A stretch of DNA of 64,000 bases. Origin: Andalucia godoyi And28. Its lineage: Eukaryota > Protista > Jakobida. The stretch covers positions 114,381 through 178,380 of the forward strand of contig VRVR01000056.1 of NCBI GenBank assembly GCA_009859145.1, read 5' to 3'. Both the position numbers and the translations under genes were made by a program. Of the stretch, positions 42,920 to 53,552 are shown one piece after another (within the stretch, counting starts at the first letter, position 1; the number at the start of each line of letters is the position of its first letter). Under the pieces are notes generated by a model. It saw only the letters and a list, made by a program, of their open reading frames with translations, had not been told where the DNA came from and did no database searches.

Positions 42920-43890
42920 GATTGGCAATGGCGGTCCTCGTTTTCTAACCTTTGGTGTGTGGTGGCTCGGAAGTGGTGGCGGAGGTGGTGCTGCTGTGGG
43001 TCCAGTTGATACCGATGGTGAAGAAGATAGTGAAGATGGTGTTTTCGTAGATGGAAATCGCTGCAGATTGGCGGCGGAAGAGTGGGAGGTAGCGGCAGCG
43101 AGCGTAGCCAATAACTGAGAGTCGGAAGGTAACGGAGGGCGCCAAGACACAGAAGATTTGTTGATGGGCGCAAGACGGGTCTGAAGTGAAGAGAGGAGGC
43201 CCGGTATGAGAGGAAGAAATTGAGGCGGGAAGATCGTGCTGAGATTGGCTGGAAAAGTCAGAGTGCGATGGTGTATGAGAGTTCCTGGTCAGAGGACACG
43301 CGTTGGCATCCCAGGCTGTCCTGCTCGACGTTCCTTCCCTCCACCGTCTTCGGTGGTTGATGGGCTCTGAAGGATGATGCTCTCTCTGCTCTGCTCCGTC
43401 CATGCGGCTCAACCGATTTGCCGATGTGTGCAGAGAGACTGGGCAGAGTGCTGGGGTCTTTTTGCGTTTTGCCTGTCGGGATGGAACACGGTTTGCGAGG
43501 AGGGCGGGCACGACCAAAGGGCCAGAATCGGGGGTTTCCGGTCATTGATGGGGCGAGACAGGCCTCTCCGGTGCTCCAAGCCTCCCCCTTCTCCTTCAAA
43601 CTCACCAACCCTTGCCCTACCTGTACAGAAAACAAAAAAAAATGGAAAAAAAAACAGCAACAACGCTCCCCGTTTTGGCAAAACCCTGTCTGACCTCTGC
43701 TCCGCCCCGTTCCTGGCTTCCTCTCACATCAAGTCCATCAGCTCGTACGGTTTTGCCCGCCTCCAACCTTTTCATGATAGGTTTCATTTCTAATATATAT
43801 ATATATATATATGTATTTTTTTATAGTTCCGAAAACTTTACAAACGCCAGCCCCGCCGCCCATCTCCTGCACCGTTTTTTTCTTGGCTGC

Positions 43891-45600
43891 ATGAAATCAA
43901 CGCTGCCTTCATCGGAAGACCACGCGCGACTTCCAGATCCTGCCACGGATGCGACGCTTCTTGCAAACAACGGCAGTGCCACCTCCTTGTCCGAACAGCA
44001 ACAGCCGGCGGCAGTCACTGGACTACAGCCACCATCGGCGCATCTCCAGCGGCAGCGGCAGCTGCAGACTGGCACTCCGCAGCCGTGGCAGGGCCTGCTG
44101 TTGCCGCAACATGCTACTGGAGATCCGTCTGGATTCTCGAATGCCGGGATGCCGTACTTCCCAATTATGAGTGTCCAGGTATCCCAAATCCCACACCTGC
44201 AATCCCACGTCCATTCCACTCACATGCAGCAACAATGGATGTTGCAGCAAAATTCCTTTTCCATGATTCATCATCAGCATCAACATCATCATCATCATCA
44301 ACAACAACAGCAACAACAACAGCAACAACAACAGCAACAACAACAGCAACAACAAGAAGTAGGAGGAGGAATGGCCGAAAAATCGTCTCGACCGGATGCC
44401 GCGCAAGATGCAGAGACGGCGGGTCCGAACTCTGCGAATGGCCGTTGGGACGCAAGTCAGGCCGCGAGTCAGGCCGCGAGTCAGAGCCTGGAGCAGGGGC
44501 AGGCTGCGAACCATTCCCAGTCTTCTGCATCGACGGGGACCCCACAGGCCCTTGCGGGTGCGTCATATCCAATTATCGGGCATCAGCAGCTGGTGGACTT
44601 GCGTTACCGGTACGAGGCAGTCAAAACAGAAGCCACCAAGATCCTGTCGTTTGACTACTTTGCCGCAGTGAGCATGCTGCCGTTCGACCACGATGTCAAG
44701 AAGCTTCTTGATCAAGGGCGCCAGTCCGCAGACTTCCGCTTGCCAATTCTCAACAATCTCTTGCGAGTTCGCGGTCCGTCGGTGCGTGAACGGGCAGAGA
44801 CCGGGCTGGATAAGCCATTGATCGAAGGATCGGAAATCCAGATTTTGGAATTCCTCTTTCAGAAGCGGGATAACCCAGCGTTACAGATTGTCCGGTCTTT
44901 TGGATCGTGTTTCACGGTGCAGAATGCGGGCGTTGGAGGCTCGAGCGATCCGCAGAACACGCAAGCATTTCCAGTGCACCCGGTTCTAGTACCCAACCCC
45001 TCGATCCCTGAGGAAATAATAACGTTCATGAGCAACTTCCTCTCGCTGCAGCATCAGTACGCAATCGAAATGTCGTACATTTTCCAACAGGAGGAGTTTT
45101 GGCTGCAGTTGGCGGATACCATGCTCGCCCGACACTCTGCGACACGCGTCGTTTCCGAATCAGAGCGACTCTTCCGACTTTCGTACATGAACCAGATTTT
45201 TGGAAGCCTAATTTACGAACTAATTGAACGGTACTACGCAAAAATCCTGCTGCTCTGCGACAAGTTCGGCCCAAAGCAAAAGAGAAGGGGAAATCTGTCC
45301 AAGCACGCGGTGTCGATTCTTCGAACCTGGCTTCTCGAGCACATCCAGCATCCGTATCCAGAAGAAAAAGAAAAGAAGGATCTCGCGACGAAGACGGGTC
45401 TTTCGCTGAATCAAATCAACAACTGGTTCATCAATGCACGCGTCCGTTTGTGGAAGCCATTGGTTCAGCCGACTCTCGAGCAAGGGCAAGGGCAAGAGCA
45501 AGGGCAAGGGCAAGAGGAAGGGGCAGCCGTCCATGCAAGCGCCTCCACCGCTGCAAAGGCTGCCGAAAAGCCCGCATCCAAGAAGCGCAAAACAGCATAA
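43891..45600 (+). CDS. TALE-class homeodomain transcription factor B with PBC-B-like domain and poly-Q/H
   Basis: [62 protein letters not shown]; upstream LQHQYAIEM...[15 protein letters not shown]...[14 protein letters not shown]; C-terminal KKRK. Confidence 0.93.
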   Translation: MKSTLPSSEDHARLPDPATDATLLANNGSATSLSEQQQPAAVTGLQPPSAHLQRQRQLQTGTPQPWQGLLLPQHATGDPSGFSNAGMPYFPIMSVQVSQIPHLQSHVHSTHMQQQWMLQQNSFSMIHHQHQHHHHHQQQQQQQQQQQQQQQQQQQEVGGGMAEKSSRPDAAQDAETAGPNSANGRWDASQAASQAASQSLEQGQAANHSQSSASTGTPQALAGASYPIIGHQQLVDLRYRYEAVKTEATKILSFDYFAAVSMLPFDHDVKKLLDQGRQSADFRLPILNNLLRVRGPSVRERAETGLDKPLIEGSEIQILEFLFQKRDNPALQIVRSFGSCFTVQNAGVGGSSDPQNTQAFPVHPVLVPNPSIPEEIITFMSNFLSLQHQYAIEMSYIFQQEEFWLQLADTMLARHSATRVVSESERLFRLSYMNQIFGSLIYELIERYYAKILLLCDKFGPKQKRRGNLSKHAVSILRTWLLEHIQHPYPEEKEKKDLATKTGLSLNQINNWFINARVRLWKPLVQPTLEQGQGQEQGQGQEEGAAVHASASTAAKAAEKPASKKRKTA

Positions 45601-45704
45601 TGCAGCAGCATAAAACAGGATAAAATAACAAAAACAGCCCAAAACCCGAAACAAACAAACAACAACGCTCAAAAGAAAGCCTGAACAACATGCAGCGCAA
45701 CGGG

Positions 45705-46055
45705 TTACAAGATGCGAATCGACCATTCGCCTCCCACAGCAAAAAAGAGGTTGGCAAACGAGAATATAATGACAAAGATCGCAAGCTCATAGACGGTAAG
45801 AGAGGCTTTGTTGGAAGTATACATTCCCGCAACCCCAGCGGCAAGAATTGAAGCTCCGAAGAAGGCAATTACAAAACCAGCGATTGCAAAAGCAAACGGA
45901 AGGAAAAGCGTTGACAATCCGCGGAACTTGAAACCTCGGAAAGCCCAAAACGACGTGAGAAAATACGTGCCGCTCACTGCCAGACACGTGTACAGCGTCA
46001 CACGCCACCAAATATCAATAAACGAGGTGGACTCGCTTGCGGACGAGTCGCTCAT
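45705..46055 (-). CDS. TMEM170: TMEM170-family small membrane protein
   Basis: 116 aa with three hydrophobic segments; FIDIWWRVTLY and SILAAGVAGMY resemble TMEM170 EMWYGVFLW and TSAAIAGVY. Confidence 0.65.
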   Translation of the reverse strand: MSDSSASESTSFIDIWWRVTLYTCLAVSGTYFLTSFWAFRGFKFRGLSTLFLPFAFAIAGFVIAFFGASILAAGVAGMYTSNKASLTVYELAIFVIIFSFANLFFAVGGEWSIRIL

Positions 46056-46450
46056 AGATAGGCTGGGCTGTCGATACAATGAACATGCAAGCTCAAAAGC
46101 AATGCGCAATGCAGCACCGACGGACAAAAGAACGTTGGGCGGTCAAACACACACAAAAAAGAAAAAAAGAGAAGCTCAACGGACGTTTCGTTGCAATACT
46201 TCTTTTGCGGAAAAGTCTTATTCAATTTTTTTTTCAATTAAAATGTTATGATTATGATTATTATTATTATTATTATAGTTTTTTTACAGCTGTCGCTGAG
46301 CATTCGACGGGCGGATTGCGGATTGCGGAAAATCGCAGAGAACGCAGAAAATTGCCGACGCTTTTTCTTTGTGCTCTCTTCATAAAGAGTCAATCGACCT
46401 AATTCTGGAATTTCCCGTCCCGAATTCCCGATGCTGAAAAGAAGAGTGCG

Positions 46451-49400
46451 ATGCAAATGATAAAATGCAGATGGGCGTCTGTGTTCTTGCTCCTTGTCTG
46501 TTGGCTGCTGGCCCTTGGGACTGCGCTGCATGCTCGTGCAAGTGTAATTGGAGCGGAAAGAGGGACATCAAGCGGACTGGATGATGCATCGTCATCCGAT
46601 TGTGCGGTGCTGTATGACCTGTGGTCAGCTACCGGTGGTATGCAAGGAAAGTGGTCTCCCAACACTACGAACTGGACTTTTCCAAATGGACCTGCTTCCC
46701 AGAATTGCTGTTCGTTTACAGGTGTCTCATGCGACTCTTCGTCAATGCGCGTGGTGTCGCTGAGCCTGCCAGGCATGCTTCTGACAGGACCTCTTCCGCT
46801 GTCCATATCACTGCTGTCTTTCGTCGTGTCGCTTGACTTGTCACAAAACTCGCTGAATGGAAGCATAGCCGATATTGCGTGGTCGTCGCTTCCTGTTCTC
46901 TCCAGCCTGGATCTGTCGGGAAACAAGTTTAACGGATATTTGTTCGCGTACTTCCCGCCGTCTCTGCAATACTTGGACTTGTCTGCGAACCAGCTGGAGG
47001 GATGCATCCCAGCACCCTGGCAAGGAAACACAGTCCTGTCCGTGCTGTTACTCCATTCCAACAAGCTCAGCTGCGAGTTCCCTGCGCTGTTGGTATCCTT
47101 TGCAAACCTTACCGTCCTTGATCTGGGGCAGAACAACTTTACGGGATCAATTCCGGGCAGTCTCGCGCAGCTTCAGAAGTTGGAACGCATTTCGCTCGTC
47201 CAAAATGTGCACTTGTCAAACCAGTTTCCTGCCATGTTTGTGACTTCCATGCCTGGTCTGCGGCAGATTCAGCTTGGCTGGTATCCAAATGCTCCCGCCA
47301 CTATGTTTCCTCCGTCGTCTTCCTGGAACTGCCCATCGCTCGAGATCCTTGATGTTCTGCAGCTTGGCCTGGTGGGCTCCATTTCCGAGGGCATTTGCAA
47401 GTGTCCTAACCTCCAAAATCTTATCCTCACCGCCAATCATCTCGTCGGACCAATTCCAGAGTGCCTTGGGGGATTGACAAAGTTGCAGCGACTGCTCTTC
47501 GCCAACAACAATCTTACGCTTCCCATCCCTTGTGCGGTTGCGCAGATGCAGAGCCTTGTTTCCTTTGCTCTGGCATACAACGACTTCAGCGGCGAAGTGC
47601 CGCCGTGTTTCTTCAACAACCCGAACATCACCGTCATCGATTTGAGTGCCAATCAGTTTTTCGGCAATCTTCCGGATACCATCGGCAATGCAACATCACT
47701 CGTATCATTGGACCTCAGCTACAATCAGTTTTCGGGCCCCATTCCCGCATCGATCGGCAATCTGCGGAACCTTGCCGAGGTGCATTTCCCTTTCAATAAC
47801 TTCAGTTCCTCGATCCCGTCCTCTTGGGTGAATCTAAAGTCCTTGGAAGTTGTCGATATTTCCCATAACCAGCTTGTCTCCGGGTTCACTGTGAATCCGT
47901 TCGACGCCGAGTTTCTGAGGTATCTCGACATCAGCTACAATGGGTTTTCTGGAGACTTGAGCGGTTGCTTTTTTTACCTGCCATCGATCACCTTTCTTCT
48001 GGCGTCCAACAACAACTTTTCTTCGGGGCTAACATCCTGTGGTCTCCCGATCCCCCAAAAGTCTATTCTCTCGGTTGTCGACATCAGCGAAAACGGATTT
48101 AGCGGCGAGCTGCCTCTTGTCTTCTGTGATCTTCCAGCGTTGCAGGAATTGCGGATTGCGAACAATGATTTTGATCATTTACCATCGTGCATTGCAGCAT
48201 CGAGTTCCCTGAAGCTGATCTCTGCTGCTGGAAACAATCTTCGTGATCTTCCCTATGATTCGTTATCCAGTCTCTTCCTTCTCACAAACATTGACATCTC
48301 CTCAAATTTCTTGGGCGCTGGAGGCAGACCGTTTCCTTTGCGCTTGTTTCAGCCACCATTTCGGTTATCGACGATCAACATTGCCAATAATTCCTTTGTA
48401 GGCCCGTTTCCCCTCAATCCGTGTTATGGACTCTCTGACACCATTTCTTCAGTCGACCTCTCGTACAACAACATCATAGGCATTGACGTGACGGATCCAA
48501 GAAATACCGGGCGCTACTGCGGAACGACATTTCCTTCGTTGTCCACACTGTCCATGGTCGGATGTGGGATTCCCCAAGTGTACGGTTCTCCGTACACAGT
48601 GCAGAGTTCCGGTTCTGTTATCGGGTCTTCCCGATTCTTGGTTTCCAGCATGCAGTATCTCGTTGAGTTTTTCAGTGGACTTCGGCAGCTCCAGATCGAC
48701 GATAATGAAGATCTGGAGGGTGCACTAGCGGAAGTTACGGAGCTTTCTGAAATGAGCTTCTTCAGTGCCACTGGAACTCGCTTCAGGCGGGGCTTGTACG
48801 ATGCAGAATTCCTGTATCTCGACCTGACGAGAACCACGTTCTATGACAATTTTGTATGTTTTGACGCTCTTGGGCATTCTGGGATTCTGTCTGCCCAACT
48901 GGACCCTTTCTATTTCAATTACACAAACTGTTACTGCAAAGAAGGGTTCTTTGGCAAGGCTCCCTTTTGCTTGTCCTGTCTGACGATTTTTGGGAAGAAT
49001 TTTGTCTGTCCAGGGCCGATGTTTTCCAGTACTACTAGGAATGACATCAAGTCAGATTCTGGCTTCGTTTTTGCGCAGGGAGGGTATTGGGCGTCTCCAC
49101 CCGTGTCGGTGGAAGAGATGCGCGCTGGAACTGCGTATCCGTCTCACATGGAGCCGTGCGCGTACTATTCGACCTCGCTTTCGCCATGCCGGCCGTCAGC
49201 GGATGATCTGTTCCAAGTGTGCAAGGAAGGGTACGAGGACCGGCTCTGTAGCCGGTGTTCGCGCGGCTACTATCCGGTAGGGTCGGTTTGTGCTCAGTGC
49301 CCCTCAAAGGCTGTGACAGGTGTTGTGCTGGTTGCCTATGTTTTAACGATCTTCTTGCTGACATTTCTCGGGTTTGTGAACCGCCCGTCGTCATCGGGGC

Positions 49401-50440
49401 CGATCAAGGTCCTTGTATTTTTTCTTCAAATGTGTTCTTTCATCATTGTCCCATTCCCAAACTCATCCGCAACTGCAAGCAGGTTCTTCTCCGTATCTCA
49501 GTATTGGATTTCATTTGCACATGTCCATCCAGTCACGTCCCCTCACTGTTTTGGGTCCGAGCTCTGGAGTTTCGAATTTTCGTACTGGATGCGCCTGTCG
49601 ATTCCGATCCTACTGCCCGTTTACGTGGGCTGCATCGTTGGATTGTTCTGGCTGGCCAAGAAGGCCAATATCCTAGTTCAGGCGGCCAGCGTCGTGCTCG
49701 CGAGATGGAGCCAGGCGCTGATCTTCCTCATGTACTTGCTGTACATGACTGTTTCCGAAGCCGTCATGCTTCCGCTGCTGTGCTCGAATGATCCGGGTCT
49801 GCATCGGGACTTCATGGTCAACGTCCCCTATCACGAGTGTTCTCCGACGCTTCAAGCCGTGTCTTCTGTGGCGTTTGTGTTGTACGTCGTGGGCCTTCCT
49901 GTGTCCGCATTCTACTTAATGCGCCGGCAAGGATGCCGAAGCATTGTTGAATTTCTGATGTCTTCCTACACGAAGAACATGAAATACTGGGAGTTTGTGA
50001 TTGTTGTGCGCCGAATCCTCGTTCTCGTTCTGTTCTCTCTTGTTTTTAGCACTTCCATCTGGCAAGCTTTTCTGGTTGGACTGACGCTTGCATCTTCCTT
50101 GTTTTTCCAGGTGTACTTCCAACCTTACAACGTGGCGGTTGACAACTATGCCGAAGCCGCATCCTTGGTCCTCTTGCTCGTCTTCTTCTCCCTGTACTTG
50201 CGAGTTGACGCTCCATTTGTCGGTGACACAACCGGAATGGTTGTGGCGTCATTCTTGCTCCAAGTCAGTTTCATTGCGTTCATGATGGGTCTCATCTTTC
50301 TTCGAACAAGACTCTACCGGATTCTTTCGCAGAGGCTCAGCTCGAAAAACAAGCCCGCCGACGTCCGTATGCGTACCGAGACCGTGCAGGAAATGAATGA
50401 ATCCCTGATTGCCGTGATGCATCCAAATCAGTCCTTATAG
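46451..50440 (+). CDS. Cell-surface protein: signal peptide, LRRNT cap, about 20 plant-type LRRs, Cys-rich EGF-like segment and a multi-pass TM C-terminus
   Basis: CCSFTGVSCD cap; LxxLDLSxNxLxGxIP repeats; CKEGYEDRLCSRCSRGYY...CAQCP; about 9-10 hydrophobic helices with FLMSSY...YWEFVIVVRR. No kinase domain. Confidence 0.85.
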   Translation: MQMIKCRWASVFLLLVCWLLALGTALHARASVIGAERGTSSGLDDASSSDCAVLYDLWSATGGMQGKWSPNTTNWTFPNGPASQNCCSFTGVSCDSSSMRVVSLSLPGMLLTGPLPLSISLLSFVVSLDLSQNSLNGSIADIAWSSLPVLSSLDLSGNKFNGYLFAYFPPSLQYLDLSANQLEGCIPAPWQGNTVLSVLLLHSNKLSCEFPALLVSFANLTVLDLGQNNFTGSIPGSLAQLQKLERISLVQNVHLSNQFPAMFVTSMPGLRQIQLGWYPNAPATMFPPSSSWNCPSLEILDVLQLGLVGSISEGICKCPNLQNLILTANHLVGPIPECLGGLTKLQRLLFANNNLTLPIPCAVAQMQSLVSFALAYNDFSGEVPPCFFNNPNITVIDLSANQFFGNLPDTIGNATSLVSLDLSYNQFSGPIPASIGNLRNLAEVHFPFNNFSSSIPSSWVNLKSLEVVDISHNQLVSGFTVNPFDAEFLRYLDISYNGFSGDLSGCFFYLPSITFLLASNNNFSSGLTSCGLPIPQKSILSVVDISENGFSGELPLVFCDLPALQELRIANNDFDHLPSCIAASSSLKLISAAGNNLRDLPYDSLSSLFLLTNIDISSNFLGAGGRPFPLRLFQPPFRLSTINIANNSFVGPFPLNPCYGLSDTISSVDLSYNNIIGIDVTDPRNTGRYCGTTFPSLSTLSMVGCGIPQVYGSPYTVQSSGSVIGSSRFLVSSMQYLVEFFSGLRQLQIDDNEDLEGALAEVTELSEMSFFSATGTRFRRGLYDAEFLYLDLTRTTFYDNFVCFDALGHSGILSAQLDPFYFNYTNCYCKEGFFGKAPFCLSCLTIFGKNFVCPGPMFSSTTRNDIKSDSGFVFAQGGYWASPPVSVEEMRAGTAYPSHMEPCAYYSTSLSPCRPSADDLFQVCKEGYEDRLCSRCSRGYYPVGSVCAQCPSKAVTGVVLVAYVLTIFLLTFLGFVNRPSSSGPIKVLVFFLQMCSFIIVPFPNSSATASRFFSVSQYWISFAHVHPVTSPHCFGSELWSFEFSYWMRLSIPILLPVYVGCIVGLFWLAKKANILVQAASVVLARWSQALIFLMYLLYMTVSEAVMLPLLCSNDPGLHRDFMVNVPYHECSPTLQAVSSVAFVLYVVGLPVSAFYLMRRQGCRSIVEFLMSSYTKNMKYWEFVIVVRRILVLVLFSLVFSTSIWQAFLVGLTLASSLFFQVYFQPYNVAVDNYAEAASLVLLLVFFSLYLRVDAPFVGDTTGMVVASFLLQVSFIAFMMGLIFLRTRLYRILSQRLSSKNKPADVRMRTETVQEMNESLIAVMHPNQSL

Positions 50441-51107
50441 TTCTTCTCGAGCGATGTGCTGCAGAATTGCTGCGGCATTCTGCTCAAATCACCATCATCT
50501 TTTACTTGTAACTTTTCTCAGCCTTCTATCTTTTTAGAATTTTGAAAGAAGAAATTTTATACAATAGCAAGCTGCAAAGCATAATACCAATGCGACAGAC
50601 AGAGAACTCATTTTTTCCAAATGCACAGAGAGTAAAGTGTGCACTGTGGACTGAAGACGCTGGTCTCATCTGGAATGACAATGCTTCTGATCCATCACGC
50701 CTTTCATTTTACGTGTCCCGATCCGTATCCAACCGGCCCATCGCTGACCGTGCATCATCGATGTTGGCATCCGTGAGTAACTTGGCTGTGTGGGAGAAAA
50801 ATAGAGAAAAGAAAAAGAAAAAGAAAAAGAAAAAGAAAAACAGCAGCATCAGCAACAACAACGACGAATGACAATGAATTGGCATGAGTGAAAAAAGACG
50901 AATAGACTAGCACCACCTGAAATGCCTGGATGAGTGGGGTAAAGTAAGATAAAAGAGCAGGCTCTCGGGGGTCACAAGGTTGCGGGAAGCACCTAGATAT
51001 CACGCATATCGAGGCTCGCCACCTTGCCAAAAGGTCGTTTCTTAATAAACAGCGCCATTATCCAAGCGGTTCCTTCGTCACAACTCTTTTCGGCCAATCA
51101 CAGAAAG

Positions 51108-51539
51108 ATGTCAGGGATTGGATTTGCATGCCTGCCTGCGGCAGTTACGCTGGCGTTCATCCCGCATTTCATCAAGGTCTACTACGTCGCGAAGCTGACG
51201 AAAATTGATATTCGGAACACGCGTGAATCGACAGAGCGCGCGCTTGCCAAAGACTCGCCTCTGACGCGCATCATCAAGAGGTCTCTTGCATGCCACAATA
51301 ACCATCTCGAAGGACTGCCGATCTTCATTGGTGCGTTTTTGGCCGCATTCGTTTCCGGGGTTCCAAAGTCCAGCATCAACAGCGCTGCGCTCACGTACGT
51401 TTTTGCGCGCGTGCTCTTCACGTACTTTTATGTTACCGGGGACCAAGTGTGGAAAGGATTTGCGCGCTTCCTGTCCTTTTCGGCTGGTCTATTCTCCTGT
51501 TTCTACCTGTTTACTCTCGCGACTATTCGCATGTGGTAG
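51108..51539 (+). CDS. MAPEG-family membrane protein
   Basis: IKRSLACHNNHLEGLPIFIGA (RxxxAHxNxxE), YVFARVLFTYFY; hydrophobic helices. Confidence 0.85.
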   Translation: MSGIGFACLPAAVTLAFIPHFIKVYYVAKLTKIDIRNTRESTERALAKDSPLTRIIKRSLACHNNHLEGLPIFIGAFLAAFVSGVPKSSINSAALTYVFARVLFTYFYVTGDQVWKGFARFLSFSAGLFSCFYLFTLATIRMW

Positions 51540-51819
51540 TCTTTCAATCAACAAGGCTTTCAACAGTCTTTTAAATTTCTTTTTAAAGAATTATTTATTT
51601 ATTTATTTACTTTTTGCAAGCGTTGCTTTCGGCATGCACATCACTTTCTCTTATTATTGTGTGACTGTTGCTCAAACAATCCATCTTTTTTTGAGCATAA
51701 ACGACAACCATAATGGGAACTTCGTGAAAAAAGAAGGAGAGAAAACAAAAAAATATATATATATAAATAAATAAATAAAACAGTTCACAGAAACGGTACA
51801 AACGAAAAAGGACAGGCTC

Positions 51820-53088
51820 TCAGTGTTTGAGAGTGCAGCGGAACATGCGCACGGACTTGGGTTCGATTGAGAAGGTCAAGCCCGTCGCGATGGAGCCGAG
51901 GTCCTTGTGAGCCCACAAGTCACGGACTTGAATGGTATCTGCGGTGGTCCAGCCGGTGTTCGGGATCTGGGGCCACTTGACGGTGACAGACACTGCCTTT
52001 GCATCAAACTTCGAGTTTGAATTGTACAAGATAACGGCAACCGAGCCATCCGAGAGCAGCTTTGTCCATACTTGGCCGCCGTCTGTGCCATTGACGATGC
52101 GCTTCCCGCCGGTCACAATTGGATCCTGGTTCACGGCGATAACTTCCGTGTTCATCAAGATTGACTTCTTCGCTGCATCCATGTTTCGAATATCGGTCGC
52201 AACCAGCAGTGGAGACGAGAACAGCGACCAGAACGAGAATTCCGTCACAGACTCTTCGTATGAAAACGTCGGAAAGAGTGTTTCGAGGAAGTCTGCATCG
52301 AGGAACGCCCCTGGTCTGGAATAGGTAGCAATGTCCGAGTCTCCAAACTGCTCAATCACTTGCTTCGTGCCGATTCCGTTCTTTCCCTCCTGCAAATCAT
52401 AGTCGAACAAGGGAATGTGATCATGCGTGGCGCGTATCATGGTGGCGAACTCTGGAAACGTAGTCCACGGCTGACCCTCTCCCCATTCGCACGTGGAGAA
52501 CATCATATCGCGGCCAGACACATCGATCCAGTGCGAAAAATTGGAGTACAACTGCTGCGGTGTAAACCCAGAAGGATGGTGGCAGTAGTCCAACTTGATC
52601 ATATCGACACGCCAGTTGGCCATTGTGCGAGTATCGACATCGTAGTAACCCCACGATCCGGGCCTGTTGCCCTTGCATGTCTTGGTTCCAGAGCACAGAT
52701 AAATGCCTAGCTGAAGTCCAAGCCCGTGGAGATAGTCTGCCAGGGCAGGAATGCCAGACGGGAACCGCTTCGGATCCCACGTGACCTCTCCGCGCCCAGT
52801 CCTGTTCTGTGCAGCCCAGCAATCATCCAGCGCAATCATCTTGTACCCAACCGCAGTCATTTTCTGATCCACGAGCGCCTTTGCAATCGAGTGGATCTCA
52901 GACTCCCGGCAAAAGTCAAGCAGACCACACACATCATCCGTGCACCACGTGTTCCACCCCATCGGAGGCACCGCAGGACGAATCAGAGCACTGTCGCACC
53001 CATGGAAGCACAAGCCTACAATCACCACAAACAGGCACACAAGTAGAGCATCTACCCTCGGAATTCCACAATCCGAACGCGCCAACAT
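51820..53088 (-). CDS. Alpha-galactosidase / alpha-N-acetylgalactosaminidase, GH27 (secreted)
   Basis: PPMGWNTW, IALDDCW, RFPSGIPALADYLHGLGLQLGIY, WRVDMIKLDYC, FSLWS-like FSFWSLFSSPLL, EVIAVNQDP. Confidence 0.95.
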   Translation of the reverse strand: MLARSDCGIPRVDALLVCLFVVIVGLCFHGCDSALIRPAVPPMGWNTWCTDDVCGLLDFCRESEIHSIAKALVDQKMTAVGYKMIALDDCWAAQNRTGRGEVTWDPKRFPSGIPALADYLHGLGLQLGIYLCSGTKTCKGNRPGSWGYYDVDTRTMANWRVDMIKLDYCHHPSGFTPQQLYSNFSHWIDVSGRDMMFSTCEWGEGQPWTTFPEFATMIRATHDHIPLFDYDLQEGKNGIGTKQVIEQFGDSDIATYSRPGAFLDADFLETLFPTFSYEESVTEFSFWSLFSSPLLVATDIRNMDAAKKSILMNTEVIAVNQDPIVTGGKRIVNGTDGGQVWTKLLSDGSVAVILYNSNSKFDAKAVSVTVKWPQIPNTGWTTADTIQVRDLWAHKDLGSIATGLTFSIEPKSVRMFRCTLKH

Positions 53089-53552
53089 GTTGCAAAGCAA
53101 TTCCAAAAAATATAATAATAATAATAATAATGATGATAATAATAATAATAATAATAATGATAATAACAAACACACAGGCAAACTCACAGTCCACAATGCC
53201 TAACGAGCCTGCACGTTTCCGCGGACCCGGCAAAAAAGACCCCGAAACAAATCTCCGCCGCCCGCTCTGCCCGCCGAGCCCCATACATACATAATACGTT
53301 GCGTCTTGGGGAAAGTGAACTTCTATCGTGACGATGCATGCGTTTCCACTTCTCCGCTGTTTGTCCAGTGTAAGGAATAATCGGCACGCCGACAAGTAGA
53401 AGTTTGTTATTCCAAAAATAGGAGAGTTCGCAAAAGTGTGTATATTCATGTGGTCTGAGAACAACGTGGTTGGAAAGGCCATTCTCTCTACCAGCAACTT
53501 TGAAACAAAAAGCAGCGAAATAACCAAATTTTTTAAAAGCTAATTTCACCGA

